A stretch of 64,000 bases of DNA from Candidatus Altiarchaeota archaeon (GTDB lineage: Archaea; Altiarchaeota; Altiarchaeia; IMC4; SCGC-AAA252-I15), in contig JAZDMS010000003.1 of assembly GCA_043800705.1 (NCBI GenBank), positions 21,540 through 85,539 of the forward strand, in the 5' to 3' direction. How positions within the stretch are numbered: the stretch's first letter is position 1; the number at the start of each line of letters is the position of its first letter. The translations under genes and the position numbers were made by a program. Below the pieces are notes generated by a model. The model was not told the origin of the DNA. It ran no database searches and saw only the letters and a program-made list of their open reading frames with translations. This document shows positions 46,588 through 56,201 of the stretch, piece by piece.

Positions 46588-47172
46588 ATGAGGTCCGCGA
46601 AGGTCTCGAGGAAGACGAAGGAGACGAGCATAACCCTTGCGCTGAAGCTCGATGGCGTCGGAAAATCCCACGTGAAGACGCCTCTGAAGTTCCTGAACCA
46701 CATGCTCGAGAACTTCTCCAAGCATGGCGGATTCGACATCGACGTCCACGCGCAGGGCGACACCGACGTCGACGACCACCATCTCGTCGAAGACCTCGGC
46801 ATCTGCCTGGGTGAAGGCCTCCTGAAGGCTCTTGGAGACAAGGAAGGGATCAGCAGGATGGGCTACGCCATCGTCCCAATGGACGACAGCAAGGCGGAGG
46901 TGGCAGTCGACCTGTCCGGCCGCCCCTATGCGAAGATTGACCTACCCTTCTCCGAGTTCGACGAACGCCGCGTGGGCGACGTGAGCAAGGAGAACATAGA
47001 ACACTTCCTCGAAAGCTTCGCATTGAACGGCAGATTCAACCTCAACCTCAAGGTCGAAGGAAAAAACGACCACCACAAGGTCGAGGCCGCGTTCAAGGCC
47101 CTGGCGAAGGCCCTGAAAGAGGCTGTGAAGGTAAAGGGGAAAGGCGTGCCGTCGACGAAGGGCAGGGCATAG
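46588..47172 (+). CDS. hisB: Imidazoleglycerol-phosphate dehydratase
   Basis: RKTKET, DDHHLVED, PMDD, NDHHKVEA, PSTKG. Confidence 0.97.
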   Translation: MRSAKVSRKTKETSITLALKLDGVGKSHVKTPLKFLNHMLENFSKHGGFDIDVHAQGDTDVDDHHLVEDLGICLGEGLLKALGDKEGISRMGYAIVPMDDSKAEVAVDLSGRPYAKIDLPFSEFDERRVGDVSKENIEHFLESFALNGRFNLNLKVEGKNDHHKVEAAFKALAKALKEAVKVKGKGVPSTKGRA

Positions 47173-47763
47173 TCAATGGCGCCTCCCAACTCTGCCTGTC
47201 ACCTGCAGGATGTCCTGGAGGAATTTCCTTCCTGTGCTGTCGTCCGCGAGCCTCAGGTTTATCATGGACTGTGCGACGGAGTGCAGGAGCCTCAGATTAT
47301 CGTCCTCTCCATCCGGCACCTTACTGAGGGCCTCCATCATCTTCCCCCTGTTGTCCTTACCCAGGGCGTCCAGGACGAACGATTCCGCTTCAGCCTCCAG
47401 GCGGAACTCGGCCTTGTACCGCTGCACTGCCTGGCCCCTAAGATACTCCTCGCCCTCATCCAATAATCCTGAAGGGCTCGAAGGCCTCACGACGTTCTGG
47501 GGCGTCCTCGGCTTCTGCTCGACGGTCGTGAAATGGAATATTTGGTCGCCTGCGGCGCCCACCTTCTGCGCCACGATGCTGCCGTCCGGAAGGTCCCTTA
47601 TCGAATCCCTCCCAATCTGGGCGGGGTCGGTCACCTTCATGGGCTGCCGCATCAGGGCGGTCGCGGCCTTCGGGATAAGGACGCCAGCCTCCATCTGGAC
47701 ATCCAGCAATTGGGGTATTCCGCCGACGACCTTCGAATACCTCCACCGGACCTCTCCCGCCAT
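47173..47763 (-). CDS. Hypothetical protein
   Basis: About 196-aa ORF convergent with hisB; stop codons abut. Confidence 0.55.
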   Translation of the reverse strand: MAGEVRWRYSKVVGGIPQLLDVQMEAGVLIPKAATALMRQPMKVTDPAQIGRDSIRDLPDGSIVAQKVGAAGDQIFHFTTVEQKPRTPQNVVRPSSPSGLLDEGEEYLRGQAVQRYKAEFRLEAEAESFVLDALGKDNRGKMMEALSKVPDGEDDNLRLLHSVAQSMINLRLADDSTGRKFLQDILQVTGRVGRRH

Positions 47764-47869
47764 GGTTAGCACTGGGAATGGTACCTTTAAGAAAGCATGG
47801 ACGGATGACGGTCGCTGGTATGTCGAATGGAGTCAAGGAGCCAAAATGATGCACAGGATTAACCTATTC

Positions 47870-49003
47870 TCAGTAGTTGTCTAGAAATCCGAAGCCCCTG
47901 GCCTCGAGGGCCCTCAGGCCGCGGTCTATGTCGTCCCTTATGACCATGTCCCGTTCGCGCCTTAGCCTGTCATCCATTATCTTGTACGCCTTCTCGCCGC
48001 CGATGGCGGTAAGGGATGCCACCACTATCTCCCTGACTTCGGGGTCCTTGTGGCGTATGAACCGTTCTATGTGCTCGACCGCCCGCTCGTCCCGAAGCTC
48101 CCCAAGGGCCATGATGGCCGGCTTGTAGACCGCCTTCCTATCGTCCCCCAGGATGGGCAGAAGGTGCTCGTATGCGCGGGCGGGCTTCAGGAAGACGAGC
48201 GCGCCGGCCATGAAGGACTTAACCATCGGCTTCGGATGCTTGAGGCATCCTATGATCCTGTCCAGGTACTGGTCCTTTGAAGGTTCGACGAACCTAGACA
48301 CGACCGCGTAGTGCTCCATGACGTCCTCAGCCGCGCTCACCGCGGAATCGTCCACGTGCTCCTCTATCGTCTTGAAGCGGTCGGTAAGCTCATGCTGCCT
48401 CATGACGAACCTGTCCCTGACTCTCACGTACTGGTGGTCCGGGTCGAGGTTGTTGCGCAGGGCACACCTGAGCTTCCCGATGAATGGCCCGGCCAATGCG
48501 AGCCTCCTTGTCAGCTCATCCCCCCTGAAGTCCATCTCGGCAAGGACGAGCGCGGATTCGAACGGGTTCAGGGCGGTCACAGACTCGAAAAGAAGGTTCT
48601 GGTTCTTCCCGCCAAGTGCCTTCCGAATGGCGGCAAGCATCGCATCCTCCGGCACAAAGTCCACGCCGAGCCCCTCCCTGATGTCGCTTCGCACATCCCG
48701 CGAATCGCCGAATGCACGCCCAAGCCTTTCAACGTACTGGCGCTCATGGAAGCTGAACGAGACGTCCATGTCCGCAACAACGCTTGGGAGAATCCTGAGG
48801 TCGCTATCAAGTATCAGCGCCCTGCCGCCATCGACCTTCGCGACCCTTAACGTATCCCCTATCAGCATCTTCAGGGACTCGGGGCCATCATACCTTATGA
48901 CGGTGGCGGTCTCGGACAGGTTCAGGGGCTCTGGCAACTGGTCTGCCGTGAAACCGGTATCGCCGACCTTCGGATTGGTCGCGGGCTGCGGGCCCTTTTT
49001 CAT
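47870..49003 (-). CDS. HEAT/PBS-lyase repeat protein
   Basis: AIMALGELRDERAVEHI, DPEVREIVVASLTAIG; likely start MKKGPQ. Confidence 0.8.
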   Translation of the reverse strand: MKKGPQPATNPKVGDTGFTADQLPEPLNLSETATVIRYDGPESLKMLIGDTLRVAKVDGGRALILDSDLRILPSVVADMDVSFSFHERQYVERLGRAFGDSRDVRSDIREGLGVDFVPEDAMLAAIRKALGGKNQNLLFESVTALNPFESALVLAEMDFRGDELTRRLALAGPFIGKLRCALRNNLDPDHQYVRVRDRFVMRQHELTDRFKTIEEHVDDSAVSAAEDVMEHYAVVSRFVEPSKDQYLDRIIGCLKHPKPMVKSFMAGALVFLKPARAYEHLLPILGDDRKAVYKPAIMALGELRDERAVEHIERFIRHKDPEVREIVVASLTAIGGEKAYKIMDDRLRRERDMVIRDDIDRGLRALEARGFGFLDNY

Positions 49004-49140
49004 CCAATCCGGCCAGATAATCACGTAGGTGCCTTTCCCGCCAGATGTCATCCCATATATCCCCTAGGACGCTCCGCCTTAAATCGGGCCGTATGCTGCC
49101 GGAGGCTGAGCTTTTTAGGCGGCACAAAGAAATATTACCC

Positions 49141-50415
49141 ATGCCATCAGGCTACGTCGATTTGGGGTATTCACCGGGAAAGGATGATGTCGTTTGCATG
49201 TTCTACGTCGAGCCTGCTTCGGGAGTCACGTTGGAGAAGGCCGCCATCGACCTCACAGCGGAATCGAGCATCGGCACATGGACCGAGATATGCACCATGA
49301 ACGACAGCATCTGGTGCAAGCTCAAGCCCACGATATTCGGAATCAATGAGAAGACAAATATGGTGAAGGTCGCGTATCCGCTGGCCCTCTTCGAGCTCGG
49401 CAGCATCCCCCAGCTTATGTCCTCCGTCACGGGCAACATCTACGGCATGAAGGCGCTGGACAACCTCAGGGTCTTGGACATATCAGTCCCGAAAAAATAT
49501 GTGAAATCCTTCCTGGGCCCCAGGTTCGGCATACCTGGCATAAGAAAGCTCCTCAAGGTCCCGAAGAGGCCGCTTGTCGGCACCATCATCAAGCCGAAGG
49601 TCGGCCTCGGCCCAAAGGACCACGCCCGCGTCGCCTATGAGGCGTGGGTCGGCGGCTGCGACGTCGTCAAGGACGACGAGAACCTCACGGACCAGTCATT
49701 CAACAGGTTCGACGCGAGGGTCAGGCTCACGCTCGCCGCATTGAGGAAGGCTCAGACGGAGACGGGCGAGAGGAAGGTCTATATGGCGAACATCACCGCG
49801 GAGACGAATGAAATGATCAGGCGGATGAAATACGTCAAGAAACAGGGCGGCACATACGCGATGGTCGACGTCCTCACCATCGGACCCTCCGCGCTTCAGA
49901 CCGTGCGGGAAGAGAACGAAGACCTCAAACTGGTGCTGCACGCCCACCGCGCGATGCACGCAGCGATCACGAGGAACAAGCGCCACGGCATCACGATGCT
50001 CGCCCTGGCGAAGATCTACCGCCTCATCGGAATGGACCAGCTGCACATAGGCACGGCTGTCGGCAAGATGGAAGGCCCAAAACCCGAAGTCATGTCCATC
50101 CGGGACGAGATAGTGCAAGACCGGGTGCCGGAGACCGAAGACCGCCTCGCCCAGGAGTGGCACGGGACGAAGTCAATATTCCCGGTAGCCTCCGGCGGCC
50201 TCCACCCCGGCCACGTCCCGAAGCTGATGGAGTTCATGGGCAACGACGTCATCATCCAGATGGGCGGCGGAATACACGGCCACCCCCAAGGAACGACAAA
50301 GGGGGCGATGGCGGCGAGGCAGGCAGTAGACGCGGTCCTCGAGGGGAAGACAATGGCGGACCATGCGCATACCCACCAAGAGCTCGCACTGGCAATACAG
50401 AAGTGGGGGAAATAG
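49141..50415 (+). CDS. rbcL: RuBisCO large subunit, form III
   Basis: AESSIGTW, GTIIKPKVGL, GCDVVKDDEN, HAHRAMH, LHIGT..GKM, ASGGLHP, GGGIHGHP. Confidence 0.95.
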   Translation: MPSGYVDLGYSPGKDDVVCMFYVEPASGVTLEKAAIDLTAESSIGTWTEICTMNDSIWCKLKPTIFGINEKTNMVKVAYPLALFELGSIPQLMSSVTGNIYGMKALDNLRVLDISVPKKYVKSFLGPRFGIPGIRKLLKVPKRPLVGTIIKPKVGLGPKDHARVAYEAWVGGCDVVKDDENLTDQSFNRFDARVRLTLAALRKAQTETGERKVYMANITAETNEMIRRMKYVKKQGGTYAMVDVLTIGPSALQTVREENEDLKLVLHAHRAMHAAITRNKRHGITMLALAKIYRLIGMDQLHIGTAVGKMEGPKPEVMSIRDEIVQDRVPETEDRLAQEWHGTKSIFPVASGGLHPGHVPKLMEFMGNDVIIQMGGGIHGHPQGTTKGAMAARQAVDAVLEGKTMADHAHTHQELALAIQKWGK

Positions 50416-50509
50416 ATATTATAGTGACCTGGTATGTGCGATAATCCCCGGGAGAGCAGGCGAAAAACATTCCGCATTCGACAGGCATGAAACGGAATGG
50501 CGAAGGGTC

Positions 50510-50818
50510 CTATACCAGCGGGACGCCCGGCGGTCTTTCCCCTATCCCCTTCTCCTCCTGCCTGATGATCTCGTCGAAGTGCCTGTTCTCATGGCGCCAG
50601 ATGATGAGGTTCATGATGGCGGAAAGGAATATCACACACAGGAACAGGAAGAGTATGATCCCGCCGGCGACGTTGAGGCCGATTTCGCCCCTCGTGTATA
50701 TGACGGCTGCGGAGATCATCCCGGCCGCCATGCACAGGGATAGTGCGTGGTAGACCATCTTGTAGTAGTCCCAGTAGACCCTCGAGCGCTCCAGGTCCAC
50801 CTTGAATATTTTGTCCAT
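50510..50818 (-). CDS. Small two-TM protein
   Basis: 102 aa. Confidence 0.6.
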   Translation of the reverse strand: MDKIFKVDLERSRVYWDYYKMVYHALSLCMAAGMISAAVIYTRGEIGLNVAGGIILFLFLCVIFLSAIMNLIIWRHENRHFDEIIRQEEKGIGERPPGVPLV

Positions 50819-50942
50819 GGTATCCTATTGCTTTTCCTTTTTAATATCCGAAATCAGGGATTGCGGCAAGGACGCACTCATCTGCATGGGTGAATTTGAC
50901 ATGCCGCGCCCCTATTATACGCCAAGGGACCAAGTAGCGTCA

Positions 50943-51965
50943 TTAACCTGAGCTGGTCTCTTGCGCTTTTTTCACGGGATTCTTCGGCCTCTTCGTTGCG
51001 TGTCTTCGATAGTGCTGCAGCGGGTGTTTTACCTCGCAGTCTGCCTTGCACAGGCCGTGGGATTTTATCGTCGCGCAGGTGGGGCATGTGTATTCCGTGC
51101 CGCTTTTCTCTCCGAGGAGGAACTCGAGCTGGTAGAGCGTCTTTTCCTCGTCGTATTTCGGCGACCTGGAGTAGACCTTCAGGATGTCCTCCTTTCCTAG
51201 GCCCAGGTTCGCGAGGAACGTTGCGAGTATGAACATGGCGTTGTGCGATGCTACGCCCGCTTCCATGGCGGCGACCATGCCGTTCATGCACGGGGGGACG
51301 GCTTCCTGTTCCAGGGATTCCATCCTCATCGCGGACTTGGTCCCGACAAGCATCGTCTTCATGCCGGCTGCTGCCTTCTTGAGCTCGTCGGGTATCTTTT
51401 TCAGGTCGACCGGCTCAAGGACCCTGTTCCTGATGGCTTCCCTCGAGAGCGTCGTCGCATCCTCTTGGTCTACCTCCACCTGCCCGTTCCAGACGACCCT
51501 GTTGGTCAGCTTCCATTTGGGGTTGTTTCTGGCCAGGGACGCAGAGAGCGTAGTGTACTGTATGAGCGGCATCATTGAATCCTCTGTCTTCAGCCCGAGG
51601 TCGTCGAGGACGGCCTTCCTCGCCTTCTCCTCTTCGCCTTTGAGAAGCTCATAAGCCGCGGCCGCCTCGCCATCGGCGTACTTTGATGCGGCGGATCTTC
51701 CGAGGCTGTGCGCCAGCATCCTCGCCATAGGATAGCTGAGGATCGTCAGCTTGGCTTTGTACTCGTCGGAGCGTTCGGGCCTGTACCTTCCCTCCATGCA
51801 GTCGATTGCCCTGTGCCTGCCCAGATCCAGCGCCGCACAGTAGACCGGGTGCTTGAGCATGTCGTCGAAGGACATGCCGATGGAGGCTACGAATTCCCTC
51901 GTCCTCCTGAGGAACGGATACCTGGCCAGAAAGTCGACATCGGACGTCTCATCGGGGGCCATCAA
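50943..51965 (-). CDS. priL: DNA primase large subunit
   Basis: ARYPF, PPCM, HNAMFILATFL, YTCPTCATIKSHGLC..C.VKHPL Fe-S motif. Confidence 0.93.
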   Translation of the reverse strand: MMAPDETSDVDFLARYPFLRRTREFVASIGMSFDDMLKHPVYCAALDLGRHRAIDCMEGRYRPERSDEYKAKLTILSYPMARMLAHSLGRSAASKYADGEAAAAYELLKGEEEKARKAVLDDLGLKTEDSMMPLIQYTTLSASLARNNPKWKLTNRVVWNGQVEVDQEDATTLSREAIRNRVLEPVDLKKIPDELKKAAAGMKTMLVGTKSAMRMESLEQEAVPPCMNGMVAAMEAGVASHNAMFILATFLANLGLGKEDILKVYSRSPKYDEEKTLYQLEFLLGEKSGTEYTCPTCATIKSHGLCKADCEVKHPLQHYRRHATKRPKNPVKKAQETSSG

Positions 51966-51988
51966 GATATATGAGGCCTCCGGGGCTT

Positions 51989-52873
51989 TTAACCTTCTTC
52001 GGTGAGGCTGACGTACTCGCCCTTCAGGAAATCAAGACAACGCTTCCCAAGGACGTATCCGCCGTCGACAGCCCTCTTGGCCATCCTCATGGCGTCACCG
52101 TCGCTCGGTTTAATTGCGACCGGCAGGATTCCGCCATGCTCCTGCACAGGGTCGTCGCCAACCTCGTAGGTGCGGTATGCCCTTTTGACATCATCAGTCT
52201 GTATGACGTGGGCGGTGTATCCCACCTCGTATGCGTCGCTCCACACATAGCCGTCGTATACCTGGATGGCGGCCTTGTAGTTGCCCGGCTCCTCGAGCCT
52301 GTATCTCACCGCCGAGCCGTTGAATTCAAGGTCGTACCTCGGCTGCCGATCCGTGTCGCGGGTTATGTCCGTGATGTTCAGCCTGGAGCGGACTATCCTC
52401 CCGGATTCCCCGTCCTGCGTGGAGATGAAGTACCTGCTGGAGTGGCCTGCCATGAGGTTGTTTATTTCTAACGTCTTCACGACAGGCCTCCAGTGGCTCA
52501 AATAATCGATCCGAACCTTGAACCTGCCTTCAGAGTCGGCGCCGAAGCTGACGTTGTTGCAGCCGAGCACCAGCTCGTCCGTCGCCTGCCTGACTCCGGT
52601 CTCGTCGACGCTGTAGTTGAAAACGTACCTGACACCGTTAACCTCAACGTAGGGGTTCACGGTAGAATTTTTGCCGGCGTTCATGACGGTAATGGTCTGG
52701 TTCGTGGGGCCGGCCTCGCCCTCTATGCAGACGACAGCGAGCCCATCGACTCCGGGGTACTTGACGAACGTGTAACCGCTGGCGGAATAGCTGAGGATGG
52801 AGAAAGTGACCACCACGACAACGACCGTGAACAGAAGCAGCAACCGGATGATAGGGGGGGAACCTTCGGCCAT
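51989..52873 (-). CDS. Membrane-anchored extracellular beta-rich protein
   Basis: N-terminal TM; Ig/PKD-like EPGNYKAAIQVYDG. Confidence 0.6.
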   Translation of the reverse strand: MAEGSPPIIRLLLLFTVVVVVVTFSILSYSASGYTFVKYPGVDGLAVVCIEGEAGPTNQTITVMNAGKNSTVNPYVEVNGVRYVFNYSVDETGVRQATDELVLGCNNVSFGADSEGRFKVRIDYLSHWRPVVKTLEINNLMAGHSSRYFISTQDGESGRIVRSRLNITDITRDTDRQPRYDLEFNGSAVRYRLEEPGNYKAAIQVYDGYVWSDAYEVGYTAHVIQTDDVKRAYRTYEVGDDPVQEHGGILPVAIKPSDGDAMRMAKRAVDGGYVLGKRCLDFLKGEYVSLTEEG

Positions 52874-52928
52874 GGTCCATAAACCATCAGATTCAGCCTA
52901 TTTATTCGCAGAAAAATGATTCAGTAAC

Positions 52929-53144
52929 ATGACACACTACACACACGCCCACTTGGGCCACCTGGCGGGGGAAGTCTACCGCTGCCTCGAACAGGAAGGG
53001 CGGGCCATGTCGGTCATGGACCTCTCGGTGAAAAAGCGCATGTGGCCATGGGACGTCGTCCTGGCATTCGGATGGCTGCAGCGCGAAGACAAGATACGCC
53101 TGCACAGGAGGCTTGCAGCCCTCACGGCGGAACTCAAAAAATAA
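52929..53144 (+). CDS. DUF2582-family winged-helix protein
   Basis: LGHLAGEVYRCL...LAFGWLQREDKI. Confidence 0.8.
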   Translation: MTHYTHAHLGHLAGEVYRCLEQEGRAMSVMDLSVKKRMWPWDVVLAFGWLQREDKIRLHRRLAALTAELKK

Positions 53145-53213
53145 GATGCAGGAGGCTGGCGAATCCCCGCCAGGCTGATGTATAAATAATCTGCTCCACG
53201 ATAATACTATCTT

Positions 53214-53657
53214 ATGCATAAGACTCGGTCGGGCGCCTTTCTACACGTCCTTGAGGCCTTGAGGGTGGACGGCCAGGCAAGCGTCGGCGCATTGATGGCT
53301 GCGACGGGAAACCCGGCGGATGCCAAGGAGCTAATCCGGCTGTTGGCCGATATCTGTTTCGCCGAGCACAGGGACGGTCTCCTAAAGGCCACGCCTTCCG
53401 TGAATTCGAAACCCGGCAAGGAACAGTTCTCCAAAATAGAAGATTACCTCTTCGGCCATGATGAGGCCGCAAACTTCAGGAAGATAGTGTCGACGCTTCA
53501 AAGCGAGCATGCCTCCCCCGAGCATGCTGCAGCCTCGGCGGGGCATGAGGCGGCAAAGAAGGAAGTCGATGCAGAGACGGTGAAGAAGTATGCAAAGGAT
53601 TTCCTCGACGTCTCGGACATCGCCTCAAAGCAGAGAACCCAAAAGGTGGATAAATGA
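53214..53657 (+). CDS. Hypothetical protein, possible N-terminal wHTH
   Basis: 147 aa; stop overlaps the next ATG. Confidence 0.55.
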   Translation: MHKTRSGAFLHVLEALRVDGQASVGALMAATGNPADAKELIRLLADICFAEHRDGLLKATPSVNSKPGKEQFSKIEDYLFGHDEAANFRKIVSTLQSEHASPEHAAASAGHEAAKKEVDAETVKKYAKDFLDVSDIASKQRTQKVDK

Positions 53658-55286
53658 GGAGTATCCTATGGATACTCCTTATCGCCCTATTTGCGGGCTG
53701 CGTGCAGACCGGCTGCCTTGACTGTGACGACGGCAATCCGTGCACCCTTGACCGGTGCATCGAAGGGCAATGCGTCCGCTCGCAGCTTGAAGGCCCGGTG
53801 TCGGGGGTGCTCCGGCCAAGGCGGCTGCATAGAATACGGCTGCTTCTCCGGGCAGTGCCTGCCACAGAAGAAAGTCCGATGCTGCGGAAACGGCGCATGC
53901 GACGAAGGCGAGGAATATGCCAGCTGCCCCCGGGACTGCCAGCCGACATGCTACGACGGGAAAATGAACCAGGGCGAGGAAACCGCGGACTGCGGAGGCC
54001 CGTGTCCGGCCTGCGAATGGGGCGAAATAAACTACATACGCAATATCGGGCTCCTTCGAAGCCAGTGGTACGACTATGCCACTAACTACACGGAATCAAT
54101 AAAGACCTACAACGGCGGGCAATCCAATGACCTGCTTTTAAGATCGGCGATGGAGACATACGGAGACTTGGACAATCTCCAGGGCATAATCCCCAAAACA
54201 AAGCCCCCAACGGACAACCGGCCGCTGGAGGCCCTATTGAACGAAACGATAAACCTCCACAAGGAGGCGGTGCATTCCATGATCCTCTACGTCAAGCTGG
54301 GCGACGACAAACACCGGATCGATTCGAACCGCGTCTTCTCCGATGCATTGGCCAAGGACCGCCAGTTCGTCAGGGAATACAACCGGATGGTGGACGAGCT
54401 CAACGTCCTGCAGGCAAAGTGCTCCAACTTCGCCAAGGACGTAGGCGAAGAGTCAGTCGACTGCGGAGGGATATGCAGGGTCCCCTGCGAGCTCACCGTC
54501 AACGTGACGAAATACGTCACAGTGAAGAACGAAGGCAACCCCGCGCACATGACGCTCAACGTCAGCTCGCCCGCGATCGACTACCCCCTCATGCAGAAAC
54601 TCCTCGGATACAGGGTCCGCCCGATCCCTGACGGGAGGGAACTGACAGCGGAAGGCAACCTCTACTACGTCTACGAATTCAACATGCCGGCCTACGGCAT
54701 CCGCGAATTCGAGATCGTCCATACAGTCAAACTGTACAGGCTCCCAAGCCCGGTAGCGTCAGGGAACGGATACTTCAGTCCCATTTATCTCCTCGATAAC
54801 GAGAACAGCCCGATGCAGGACGACATCTGTTTCCGAGCGGACAAGCTGAAGTCCCGGACGAAGAACATGTCGGAGACTGCGGATAACATCCACCTGTGGA
54901 TGAGCGAAAACATACAGTATGAGTCAAACAGCCAGGAATTCGGTGCAGGCTACTGCTTCAAAAAACGGGTCGGGGCATGCGACGAGCAGGCGGACCTCTT
55001 CGTCTCATTGGCCAGGTGCGCGGGAGTGCCTGCCAGGCGCGTCACCGGCAGCCTCCTGAACGCCAGCCAGATCACCGGCCACGCGTGGGCGGAATACTAC
55101 GACGGAAAAAGCTGGATATACATCGACCCTTCCGTGAAGAGCCGCATGCAGGCGTTCACGACCGACAACAAGCACCTCACATCGTGCGTCGGCGAAGGCG
55201 CATACCACTGCGGGATAGAATACACCTACACATACACCGGGAAGAAGCCGAAGATAGAAGTCAAAGAACAGGTATACCTCAGCTAA
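53654..55286 (+). pseudogene. Secreted Cys-rich transglutaminase-like protein split by a +1 frameshift
   Basis: Lipobox N-terminus (LFAGC) in one frame joins CSGQGGC... in the next at G5 run 53803-53807; triad GACDE, GHAWAE, IDPS. Confidence 0.8.
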
Positions 55287-55287
55287 A

Positions 55288-55574
55288 CTGTCTTCGGTCT
55301 ACGGTTTTCAGTTCTAAGTTTTCGGTTCTCAGTTTTCGGTATTCAGTTTTCGGTATTCAGTTTTCGGTTCTCGGTTTTCAGTTCTCAGTTTTAGGTTTTC
55401 AGTTTTCGGTTTTCGGTTCTCGGTTCTCGGTTCTCGGTTTTCAGTTTTCGGTTTACAGTTCTCGGTCTGCTGTCCTGCGTCCCCTGACGTGAAAACTGGA
55501 GACTGTAAACAGCAGACCGTAGACAGAGGACGGTAGACCGGAGACAGGGGACCGAAAACCGAAGACTGGGAACC
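55288..55574. repeat. Head-to-head heptamer array, copy C, intergenic
   Basis: 27 CRGTTYT-like units (55288-55476), 14-bp centre, 12 GNAGACN-like units (55491-55574). Confidence 0.93.
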
Positions 55575-55577
55575 TGA

Positions 55578-56090
55578 TTAAAGCCTCATCCTGTCGACAA
55601 GATAGTACGTTATGTCGCATTCCTCGTCGACGATGGCGTATATCATGTCCTTGTTGACGTTCTTCGCCAGGCGCAGGGCCCTGGCCATCTCCGGGAAGCT
55701 GCATGTGTACTCCTCCGGGACCACGTGGACGAGGTATTTGCTGTGGCCTTTTCCGATCCCTTCGCCGCGGTCGTAGAGACGGAAGTCTGTGCCGAACTTG
55801 AGGCCTGTCCTAACTTCCAGACCCCGCTCCCTGAGGTCCTTGTAGACGAGGTATTTGTTGTAGAATTCCTCCTCCTTCCCGCTGCCTAGCTTCACAAGCT
55901 CCTCGAAGCTCAAAGACTCGTCGCCTTTGACGACCTCAATCTTCTCGGTCTCCAAAAGGTACGCGGCCTCTATTAGGGACAATATGAGGGCCTTGTTCTC
56001 GAGTTCGCCGAACCCCTTCTCCTTCAGCTGGCTCTTCAGGTCGGAGTCTCCCACCAGGACCTTTGTGCCTGACAATATGCCCGCTGCCAT
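55578..56090 (-). CDS. endA: tRNA-splicing endonuclease (short catalytic subunit)
   Basis: LSLIEAAYL, VYKDLRERG, GLKFGTDFRLY, GHSKY, AKNVNK. Confidence 0.95.
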   Translation of the reverse strand: MAAGILSGTKVLVGDSDLKSQLKEKGFGELENKALILSLIEAAYLLETEKIEVVKGDESLSFEELVKLGSGKEEEFYNKYLVYKDLRERGLEVRTGLKFGTDFRLYDRGEGIGKGHSKYLVHVVPEEYTCSFPEMARALRLAKNVNKDMIYAIVDEECDITYYLVDRMRL

Positions 56091-56201
56091 GATAGATATT
56101 ATGCATTCCCTCTTAAACTCCATTGGTTCTACGGCTCATGAATCCAATATCCTTATGAGATGACAGACACGATCAACCATATGGGTGAATTTAATTAATG
56201 T

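Noticed and set aside
54977-55492. 171-aa ORF ending in FSVLGFQ repeats
   Set aside because: Alternative frame of the transglutaminase gene reading through the heptamer array
55288-55574. CRISPR array
   Set aside because: Units are contiguous 7-mers with no unique spacers, and no cas genes are in the window
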